Shown: piece after piece, positions 26,001-36,515 of the stretch
Layout: each line of letters starts with the position of its first letter
Numbering within the stretch: the first letter of the stretch is position 1
DNA from: Thalia democratica
Lineage: Eukaryota
Length of the DNA stretch: 64,000 bases
Reading direction: 5' to 3'
Assembly (NCBI GenBank): GCA_965202585.1
Contig: OZ241831.1
Location: 39,432,001-39,496,000 of the forward strand
The notes under the pieces: model-generated
What the model was told of the DNA's origin: nothing
Seen by the model: the letters and a program-made list of their open reading frames with translations, nothing else
The model's database searches: none
Program-made: the position numbers and the translations under genes

Positions 26001-29000
26001 TATAAATACTTTAGCAAAGTTTAAGAAATGTATAGTTCATTCCAGGTAGTTTAGTTGCTAGTAAGTTTAACTGATAATCACTAACCCAATACAACATTAG
26101 TAAGCATTTCAAGTTGAAGACTATGTGTTCAAGTTTGTGAAAAAAAAGAAATATTGTTACTACAGGCAATTTACCACTACAATATGGAGCAACAATTGTG
26201 TCAGACTGTGGGTGACGCTGAATCTGAGTGTGCTTCTTACGGAAACCTTGCAAGTGTTTACCAGGCTCAGAAAAAATATGATTTAGCCGAAAAGTATTTC
26301 AGGTAACTTTCACATCAAATTATTATGTTCTAAATGAAAAACAATAGCTTCAGTAGAACATTTTTTATTTTGACAAGAAGTAACAAACTTTAACGCTCTA
26401 AAACAAAGTTAAATAATATTATGTTTAAAAAAAAAGTATTATGCACTTTGGGGTATCGGACCAAACGTAATGCATAACTAACGTTCAATAAAACATAAAT
26501 GTACTAAATAACAACTTTTAGCTAAATCGGTTTAAAGCAGTTTAGTATTTGAAAAAAAAACTTATTAACGTGACATGCTTTTCAATTTTAATTCCCAACA
26601 GCAAGCAACTTGGACTGGCGGTGCAAGTATCTAGTTTTGAGAAGCAGTGCAAGTCTTTGATGGGAATTGCCAACGTTCACAACAACCGCGGAAGTTTCAA
26701 GCAGGCTGTTGCCACATACATGAAGTACTTGGACAAAGTAAACCAATCACAACAGTCCAAAGTAGAAAGCAGCGACTCACATCCTAGTATCGGCAGGGCC
26801 TTCTACAACCTCGCCTTCGCCCACTACCAGTTAGGGGAGTACCCGAAAGCAGTCCATTTTTACAAAAAGAGCGCGAAATTGGCCGAGCGGAACGGGGACA
26901 AAGTGGCTCTTGCCAGGAGCAGCTGCAACCTGGGACTTTCCCACAAGCAAATGGGGAACACCCTCGAAGCGCTCGAGTGCCAGCAAAATTTTCTGCGGAT
27001 CAGCAGGGAAGTGGGAAGTAGGAGGGGAGAGCTGAAGGCGCAGGGTAACATCGGGGACCTGTACAAAGAGGGAGGGAGGAACGAGGAAGCTTGTGAAGTT
27101 TACAAGGAGCAGCTGAGGTTGGCCAGGAAGATGGAAGAACCTTCGATGGTGGCTCAGAGCCTTTCGAGCGTCGGCAACACTTTGAGGTGCTTGAAGAGGA
27201 ACAAAGAGGCTTTGGAGTACCACGTTGAAGAAGTTGATATTTACAGGGGCGTTCTGAAAGATAACAAGAACGAGTTCAAGGCACAGGGAAGGCTGGGCGC
27301 CAACTTGACGGTGCTTGAGAGGTACGAAGAAGCTAAGTGTTGTTACGAGAGGCAGGTTGAAATTTCCAACCGGGACAGCGTTTCCGAAGCTCGCAAGATG
27401 CAGGCTCTGAGCAACTTGGCGATCGCGAACACCAACCTGAACGAATTTGAATCAGCAGTTGGGTGTTTGCAAGAACAATTAGCACTGTTGACACAGAAGA
27501 ACTTGAAAGACGCTGAAACGCTTTTGAAAATTTACAACGTTCACTACAGAATAGCTGATTGTTGGTTCGCCGCTGAAAACTACTCCGAGTCAAACAAACA
27601 CTTTTTGAAAGCTTTCGAAATCGCAACGAGCATTCAGCGTCACGATCTGACCGAAATGTGCCTTGAATCGATTGTGACGTCATACAACGTCTTGAACGAG
27701 CTGGACCGGGCAGTCCACTTCGCCAGACTGCGTCTCACAAACGCAAGAACCCATTTAGGGGATTACCCGGTCGCCGCCGCACTTGGGGACCTTGGTGTGT
27801 TGCTGACGCAAGCGGGAAAATTCGACGAGGCCGTGGAGCATCTGAAGGAGCAAATGAGAATTGGTGTCGAAATGGGGGAAGTCCAGATCAAGTCGGACGC
27901 CGCCAGCGCGTTGGGCAGCGCTTACGAGTTGAAAGGGGATTTCCACAGGGCTTTGGACTTTCACAAGCTGGATTTAGAAATCTCTGAAGGAAGTAATGCG
28001 GAACGGGCGGTTTCGAATTTGGCGGGAGCTTTCGAGAAAATGGGAGATTACGAAAACGCGCTGGTTAATTATAATCGGTTGTTATGCTTAAGTAAAGATG
28101 AAGCTGCAAGCTACGTTGAATGTTTGTTATCGGTGATAAGGTTAGTTATTAGATACACTTAATATCGTTCGTAAAGACCGTAAATCTAAGTTTAATGGTG
28201 TTTATTTCTTATGTGAAATAAAATTCTACTGAAACTAAATTACCAAAAATACATTGTTCTTAAACTACTTTGTTTTTATAAAACTTATGACTCGACAAAG
28301 AGATAAGTTGTTTGAACAAAAGTTATAAATCTCGTTTTCCTTGTTATCTCAATTTTTGCAAAAATAATTTTAATTGACATATTTGTACAATGTACATGTT
28401 ATTGCAGTTGGCGATGGCTGGTTTTCTAAAACTTAAACAAACATTACGAACATTTTGAAAAAAGCTGAACATCCGAAACGATTTGCTAACAAAATAGGGA
28501 GTAAATATTAAAACACTTGAAAAATTACAAGCACTCATAAAAACAACTTTCTTTTGTTTTGCGCGTATCAAAACATAAATGAAAAAAATTTCTCATGTTA
28601 CTTGTTGAAAAATAAAGTTGAGCAAAACTTAAAGCTATATATACATATATTTTTATTTTGAGCTAAGGCTAAACAATACTCATACCTAATATTTTTCAAC
28701 AAACAAGTTTTAAGTTAGATGTTGCAAATGCTGCAATATTTATACACATTTTGAACATTTTTTAAGCTTAATATTCGTGTACAGTATCAAACTTTTTAAC
28801 GCTTTTAACTTTTTACAGGTGCAAAATAATGATTTGTGACGAAAACATTTCAGATCTCATAGATAATTTGCAAGAAGCCAACGACTTTGCGTTAAAATCG
28901 AACTGCGCCAAGCTCATAATTCACTCGCTCGTTTTGACCGCTAGACTTCGTTGGATCGACGGAAACATCACGGAAGCTCTGAAACTTCTCAGCGGCGCCG

Positions 29001-32000
29001 TCGAGCGGATGAAAAATTGCGACACGGAGTTGTTGTCGTTGGAAGATAAAAAGTCAATCAACGACTTTTACACTTCTTGCTTGTTCGAGTCGGGCGATGC
29101 GATCGAAGCTTTATCGGTCAGCGAAAGCTTTCATTCGAACGAAAGTATGACTTACGAAAACATTTTGAACTGTGCTACTAATGAAAACAAGTTTATGATG
29201 TTTGTAAGAATAATTTCCGAACGGTTTATTTACGTTTGGTTTGTGACTCCTCACACCGGCTTGCTTTTTCACACGTGCTGCTTTCATTATTCGTGTTTAA
29301 AGAAATTTTTCAGCGAGCAAGTTGAAAAAATCAAGTCAATTATTGGTGTTGAGCTTGTTGATAGTGCAAAAATTGACTTAAATAAATATTCTTCGAAAGA
29401 AAGTTCCGAAATGAATAATGTTTCTTTGCAGTACAAAAATCTCCTTTCGTATAACAAAGGCTCTTTATTAAAAACCTGTATAAACACTAACAGTTTGTTT
29501 ACAAATTCCCAACCCATTCAGGATTTAAATGAGCTTTTTTTCGGCGAAAAGGTCTGTAAAATTATCAATGAAGCGAGAATTATAAACAAAAGTATCAAAA
29601 AGTTAGTAATTATAACAGACGAGGAGCTGCAGACAATTCCCTTTTCTTTGTTCAAGTGTAAGCCGAGTGAGTTCATAAGTTCAAACCTTGATATCCAATG
29701 CACATTAACTTTAAAAGGTTCTGGAAAACAATCAAGCCAAAAGTCACCGGACCACTCCGCGATTGTTTTCGGAAGCTCGTGCGTTCCGCTCCGCCTCTCT
29801 TCGCAGTTTCCGTTTTCAAAGGGCAGTTTGGACGAAACGGTTTCCACGGCGTCTCTGCTGAACGTTCCCGCCAAAACCGGTTCGTCAGCAAACAAAAAGC
29901 ACGTTACAGAAGCGATGCAGTCGAGCAAAATCGTTCACTTTGCTTTCAACCTGTTTTCTTCGGGGGGCCAGGCCGGCGTCGTTCTTTGCGACGGGGACCA
30001 CCCGCCCTTGGAAGTGCCCCCGACCCCTTTCCTGGAAAGTCCCGACGTCGAAACCAAAGACGACCGGGGACCGTCGGCTCGAAATGCTGAAACGGAAGGT
30101 GAGGACTTGTTTTTGTCTTGTGACGAAATCAGGAGTTTGGATCTGAGCGGGTGCGATCTCGTGGTGCTGGGATCTCCTTACCTAATTCCGACCTGCAAGG
30201 AAGACTTGCTGTCGAAACTGTATTCTTCTTTTGTCGGTTCCGGGGCGAGTTCGGTGCTGATGTGCCTTTGGCCCGTTCCAGAGTCGGTTCACAGGCTCTT
30301 TCTGGAAACCTTTTACGGGGGCCTGCTGAAGGGGAAAAGCAACGTTGAGGCTTTCGGGGAGGCGAAAAGGCGGGTTTTTCAAACAGCCAACTTCGCTCAT
30401 CCCTCGTACTGGGCCAGCTACGTTTTGATCGGAGAAGAAGTTCACACGGACGTGAGTTTGGAAAGTTGCGCCGTCCATCTATTGATGAAAATTTTCGACG
30501 AACGGAACTCCCACCAAGTAGTTAAGTGTCTGTCGAGTTTTGTAGACGAAGCGTTGAATTTGCTGTTGAACGGAAACGAAGACCTAACTAGTTTTCTTCT
30601 AAATTTACAAGTAAGGTGTTGTTTAGATAAGCCAAGGTACAATACTCTGACATGCTTGACTTGTAATATTTTCAGGAGAGCTTAAGAAAGCTTTTGGGCG
30701 AAAATGAAAACTTGTTGAGGGAAATTGTTTGCTGCTGCGGTTTCAATTTCAAGCCAATAAGCCCTCAGAATCGCAAAGAAATGTTTTGCCATGACGAAAC
30801 GACTGTAGAGAATTTGAAGGTTTTTTAAGTTATGTAGTTTTTGAAATATTAGTAGATTTCAATCTAACGTTAAATTTTATTCATAAATAAGTGTTTATTT
30901 GTTAGAAAAAAATTAAAGAATAATCAGGTATAATAACTTTATATAACTCGCTTAAAAGTTTACTCTTTTTCTTACTTGTTTTAGTACACCGAAATAATAC
31001 CGTATGAAATAAAAATGTTGCACAAAATTGTAGTAAGTAAACAATTTAAACATGCTTATACACTTATTGTTCAGATTGCAAAACAAATTATCGACAAGTT
31101 TGTGGATTTTACGAACGAAGACCTGAGCTTGATTATACAACTGATTAAAGATAGAAACACTGCGCGAAGATTTCACACGTGGTTGCAATCTAACATAGAG
31201 AGGTGTAAAGATGCTTCTATTGATGAAATTAACAAATGTCTCCACGTGTCACAAGTTGAAGAATTTAGAAACGAACCGATTGTTATCAGAATATTAGAAA
31301 CTTTTGGTTTGCATTTTATCACTTTATAATAAGTGTTTTGGTTTAAATTTTTTGATAAGTCTATCAAGTTTTATTAAGTATTTATTTTGTAACACTTTAA
31401 AACTATTTAAGCAATGACTGCTTTTTAAGAAAAAACAGTAAATGACATAAGACTTTTAAATCAGGTATTTTCGTCGTTTTGAAAACAAAATCAGATATTG
31501 ATAGGACACTAAAACTACTAATAAGGTTTTCAGAAGCAATCAGAGTATTAACAAAAGGTATGTTTACTAAAGGATACTAGTGTATTTTTTGTTTTCCTTT
31601 TAGTAAGATATTTCTGTTATAAAAAAACGTTTTTAATATTTTTAACACAAGTTACTTCTTCTAGGTAATCTTAAAATATTTTTACACAATAATTTATGCA
31701 AATATTTAGAAAAATCAACAGTAGAAAAACCGATTTAGTTCAAAACAGTAAAGAATAAAGCTAATAAGTAACTATTTTTAAACTTGTGTAATTAAACTTA
31801 AAGATTTTTCGTTATTGTTTATAAAATGGAATGTTTCTATTTTAAAGCACCGTTCATATCTGTTAAACTTTTGCATTTAATATAATTTTTTATTTAGACT
31901 CAAGATTACCAATTGTAGACGAAAAACGTTCGAAAACAGAGTATTTTCAAGAGCATAAAGAAAAGAAGTTGTTGAAACATACCAAGTCTAACAACTCAGT

Positions 32001-33358
32001 TAAAAGAAACTCAATCAGCCAGAAATCTGCGTTTCAAATGGTTTGCTTATAATATATTTTTTGTTTAACCTTATACTAGACATTGTTTTGTAAAAAAACA
32101 AAACATTATTTTAATATTGAGCTAAAAATTCTTCCTTGAAAAGTGAGAAAACAAAAATTTTTCTTACTAAAACTTACTTACTATATTTATTATTCAATTA
32201 TTTAATAAAGTTTTCTAATTTTTAGAAAGCAAGGAAGGACTCGGAGAACGAGATGAAAGTTGAATCCTTCTTGAACCTCAACAACGAAGCCGACTTCAGT
32301 CTTTCTTCTCAGTGCGGAGACGAGTCACTCTTGTCTGATGAAGTCGAAACTCACTTACCCAAGTTCTTCGCAACGACGCCTTCTAGCGGAAAAATTTTCG
32401 CTCCGAAACCTCTCTTTCCGTCGGTATGTTTGAAAATTTCTAAATTGTTTTGTTAAAGTTTTTTTTTTAATGTTAGTTTACAGCTTAACATGATCGTAAG
32501 TAGTTTCTACATACGACTAAATTTAATAAACATGTTAAGCTTTGGCTAATTTTTTTTTACTTTTATAAAGACTGATATCTAAAAAGTTTATTTCTGTGAC
32601 TAAATGATTCACAGGCACAAGCTTCAGCTTTTAACTAATAGTTTTAAGCTCCTTAAAAAAATTAATAAAAAATCAGAAGTCAACGGCGTTCACTCAAGTC
32701 AAGCTGACCAACGACTCCAGACGAACTTCCATCGAGCTTGCAACTTCGATGGGAACTTTACTCAAGTCGATTTCGCCCAGCAACTTCGTTTCCAGCTCAA
32801 CGCTGCCACCGAGCGTCGAAAAAACCATGAAGAGCTTGTACGTCTCCTCCAAGCCGTTCGAGCCCAACTTCAATTCTGGCGCCAAAACCCAAAAGATCCA
32901 GAACCCGCCGAAAATATGCGTCGTCACACCGCAGGGGAAACTCCCGGATGCGGGATGTGCTTCCCCGAACCTGAACACGAGCGTAACGGGGACGAGGACG
33001 GTGTACGGGGTTGTCAGGAGGAGTGTGGACAGCAGCCCGCAGAAGTTGGAAGTCCACCGGCTGCAGGTGACAACTTTTTGTGTATTAAAAAAATAAAATA
33101 AGTAATAATGTTTTTTCAAGCTCATATAAGGTATCAGCTTCAAGTAATTTTGTAACGCAGGTTCGAACCACGACGCCCGAAAGCTCGACGAGGACGAACT
33201 CGCCGGCGAGCACGACCAGCTCGAGTTCCAACTTGCGCGAGGGACAGAAGGAGAAGACGTCGGGTCAGCAGGAGAAAGGAGAAAAGAAGAAGAAGATCGT
33301 CCGGAGGTTGACTTCGAAAAGTTACAAGATAAAATTGAACAAGGAGACGTTTGTGTGA
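20089..33358 (+). CDS. TTC28: Tetratricopeptide repeat protein 28 orthologue (TPR array, CHAT domain, Ser/Thr-rich tail), ~2100 aa
   Basis: 18 exons: 20089-20307, 20524-20671, 21451-21572, 21933-22036, 22324-22492, 22832-23139, 24487-24602, 25562-25677, 25747-25884, 26166-26302, 26602-28140, 28819-30610, 30676-30819, 30985-31306, 31898-32040, 32226-32423, 32677-33066, 33161-33358 (6303 nt, phases consistent). N-terminal peptides AAIKSPLK/NTLVPVIDQLEQMNLEKDAFVVLSIIGQDLL/VLEGALEVDTSSAKLKGSVFSALGKALWSL/QCRAHGNLG parallel TTC28 as I recall it; CHAT C-terminal signature HPSYWASYVLIG. Confidence 0.9.
21799..21917 (+). repeat. Dispersed structured repeat family (SINE-like), copy D (longest)
   Basis: TGTCCTGGGGATGACGTTAAACTGAACTGGTGTATGACTCGATAACCGAAAGGTTGTTTTTACACCAGGTCGTTGGACC...GTCGTTCAATAAACAATA, ending ~15 nt before the TTC28 exon 4 acceptor. 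Confidence 0.75.
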
Positions 33359-34986
33359 AAAGCTTGTTGGAATTACAGATTGACAGTAACCGTGAAGTGG
33401 CGGTAAATACAAGTTTTTTTTTATAAATTTTCTGCTAGTTTTTAAAAAAATTACACTTTTTTAGTTTTTTTTTAATAAGTTTGTTCTACTTAAAAAAAAT
33501 AGTAAAAAACAGTATAATATATAATTAATTTTTTAACATTTGTTATGATTTTTGTTAAGGGTGGTTGTTCAAAAGTTTTTAAAGTATTTTGTTTTGTATC
33601 GCTCTTTATTTTTAGCACTGTAATTTCTTATAGATCATTATGCCAATGTTTTTGGTGTTCACTGTACTTATAATTTTAACGAGATTTTAAAAAGACAATA
33701 AAAATATTGAAATCCAAAATACTAACGTTATCGATAAGGTAGCTTATGCTTTAAAAACATTTTTTTCGTTTAAAGTAGGAAATTTTGTTTATAGCCTATA
33801 ATCGGTTTACAAACTTTTATTTATGCTTCTTTTACAAGAAAATGAAATAGTTTTTAGATGTTTATTTAGAATAGATAAAAGAAAGATATTAGGCTTAAGT
33901 TGGTATTTATTTATAATATTAACGTGTTCTTATTGTTATCTACATAAAAACTTATTTTAAAAACAGAAGTCTACTTTTCGAGTAAAAAAGTTTTTTTAAA
34001 GTTTATTAGAAAAAAAAAATATACAAACAGTTTTTATTTCTGATTTTCCTTCAAATGATTTTATATTTAAACTTTATAATAAAATTTTAAAAAAGAATTT
34101 CTGATTGAAAATATATAGAGCAAAACACTATGGATTCAAATAATAAACTATCTCTTAAGCAGCAAAGTTTTTGTTTGATGTTTAATACATATAATTATCT
34201 AAAAGCAATTTCTATAATAAAATTATTATAAAGAAAAATTAAAATAAGTTTGTCAAAGACAATTGACTATTAGCTTTAAAAGAATGACTTTGGTTTGAAA
34301 ATAAGTTATGAACAGTTTAAGAAGTTTCCATAATAGAAACTATAACTAATTATTTGTAAAATTTAGATGTTTTGTTGACTTACAAAGTGTTAGTCTTATT
34401 AGTTTAAAGTAGTACTTAGAGGTAATAAAATTGTAAAAAGAGTTTAATTTGTAGTTTTATATGAACTATATTTAAACCTGTCTTTTTAAATATACTATTA
34501 AGTGTTTAGGTATAAAAGTTATATTGAAAATTTTAACAGTTTAATCAATATTAGTCGTTTTTTTAATTTTGTGAGATTTTTAGATTTAAACAAAAAAAAA
34601 AAGTGATAGTTTTTTTTAAATTGTAAATATTTTTAAACAAAATAATTACCTTCTTCAGCGTAATTATCAAGTTTTGCGAAAAAGGTAGTTATATATTTAG
34701 ATATAAGCTTTGCTTATTAAAAAAATTCAAAAAAGTTTTTGGGTTCAAAATATTAGGTTAAACTAATGCATTGATTATATAAAGCAGAAGTATTTGCGTA
34801 TAAAACGACCTAATGTTTTTAGAAAGGTAAGAATAACAAAGTACGGTTCTAAAAATTAAACTTTAATTTGTAGATATAAAATTTTTCGGTCTTAACAATT
34901 ATCTGAACATTTTTTAAGTTATAACTTTAAACGATTCAGTGATTCTCAGTTTATTTCAAAAATAGAGTTTCGCAGTGGTATTACTA

Positions 34987-36471
34987 TCAATGGCGTTGCG
35001 TCGTATTTTTCTTATGTGGTGCAGAAAAATAATCCGAAATGCCTGTGATCGATTGCCTTTTACTTGAGTTGTCCCTGCTTGAGTTGCCTCTGCACGAGTT
35101 GAATCTGCTTGGGTTGCCTCTGCTCAAGTTGTCCCTGCTCGAGTTGCTTCTGTTTGAGTTGCCTTTGCTAGAGTTACTTATGCTCGAATCGTCTCTGCTT
35201 GTGTAGTTTCCGCTCGAGTTGTCTCTGCTCTGAATAGCTTTGATTTTATTTTTTGTTTCCAATAGCTTATGGACTGATACCTAAGCCTGTTCTGTTTTAA
35301 GGAATTTTCTAACTTAGCTTACTTACCGCAAGATATTGGTTTTGCGGTAATTCTTGAAAAAAGATTGCTTTTTTGAGTTTATTTGCGGCAATCAGCTAAG
35401 AGTTTGCGGCAGTGTAGTGAGCAAAATGGTCGTTGTTTAAATTGGAGGTTTATAAAAAAAAATTGTTCAAAAAATAACGAAAGCGTTAAAGATACTTAAT
35501 TTTTTCTTACAAAATGTTAAGGTGTTGCCATCGTGGCAGTGCAACACCCGACGCGACGCCCCTGATTTCTACCAATGCTCTCCGAGCTACTGGCGTCTCT
35601 AGATTCCTTTGATACCGCCTCTGTAACAGGTTCGGCAGATTCGACAGGAGTTAGATTCACGTTTGCCTTTGGGAATTCTTCTGTGGTGCTCAAGGTTTCG
35701 GTTCGCGACCGAGTGCGGGGTTGCTTTAAGAAATTTTTAAGAGGTTTAACCGTCTTTTCTATCAAAGACATTTCCAAAACTAACTATGATTAAACATAAT
35801 ATTCTTTTTTTGAGTTTTAGTTTATTAAATACAAGGAAACAACTAACACAAAATAATTGCACTAGGCTCAAATATTTTCCAAGATTCTGGTTCCATTTCA
35901 TCGGTGTGATACGAGTTGCAGGTCGCTCAGTCTTCCAGCTTTGTTGTGGTGGTTGACCTCGAAGGTTTGAAGCTGAGCACGTTTCGTTGTCTCGGTCGTT
36001 AAATCGTGATCGTGCGCTGGAAAGCGGATAAAATTAATTGACACACAAAAATATTTACAAAATAAGAAATACACTATTTTAAGCGTTGGGTCGCTCAACA
36101 AAGACTCAGTTGGAATGTTACCACTAGTATTCGGTTTTTAGGAATTATTATATCAAATAACTTATTTCTATAAGTTATAACTTTTAAGGCACGTTAAGAA
36201 CTCAAGGCGAGTTCTGCGCACCGTCGACGTTGTTAGAATAAAATCACCTTAAAATGGCTTGTGAATAATATGCTGGAGAGCTTGAACTGTATATAACCAC
36301 TATTGTGATGTAATAACGCCTTAGATTAATATTGTGGACACTGGATCGGCGTTGTAAGTTGAAGATGGCGGATGTCGCTTCGGACTGAAAACTAGCGTAG
36401 TGGTGCTTATTGTCAACCGACGAGTGCTCCTCATCTAGATAACAACTCCGCTTGATCAAGACATGATCCAT
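34987..36471 (-). CDS. Speculative orphan multi-exon gene with a C-terminal pentapeptide repeat
   Basis: Phase-compatible chain possible: 36471-36248, ~36026-35848, ~35779-~35615, 35395-35327, 35280-34987. Raised CpG content relative to flanks; the last exon encodes 12 SRDNS-like units and ends RQSITGISDYFSAPHKKNTTQRH*. One intron would be only 46 nt, and the first exon may be non-coding. Confidence 0.35.
35050..35229 (-). repeat. Tandem 15-bp repeat, 12 units, consensus AGCAGAGACAACTCG (SRDNS)
   Basis: Frame-preserving degenerate units SRDNS SGNYT SRDDS SISNS SKGNS NRSNS SRDNL SRGNP SRFNS CRGNS SRDNS SKRQS. Confidence 0.85.
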
Positions 36472-36515
36472 GATCATTACACGCTGATTGGAGCATGATA
36501 CCCGGCGTGATTGGC
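36361..36515. promoter_or_regulatory. Candidate promoter: two CCAAT boxes and a YY1-type motif
   Basis: TGATTGG at 36485-36491 and 36508-36514 (CCAATCA on minus); AAGATGGCG at 36362-36370; local CpG enrichment. Confidence 0.4.

Noticed and set aside
26831-30478. Many overlapping antisense and off-frame ORFs over TTC28 exons 11-12
   Set aside because: Shadow ORFs expected over GC3-rich coding exons; no recognisable motifs or splice support.
26549-30685. 537-aa and 618-aa ORFs as stand-alone genes
   Set aside because: They are internal TTC28 exons read into flanking introns; splice sites at 26602/28140 and 28819/30610 join in phase.
35050-35229. Tandem repeat as a CRISPR array
   Set aside because: Contiguous 15-bp units without unique spacers, no cas genes, eukaryotic context.
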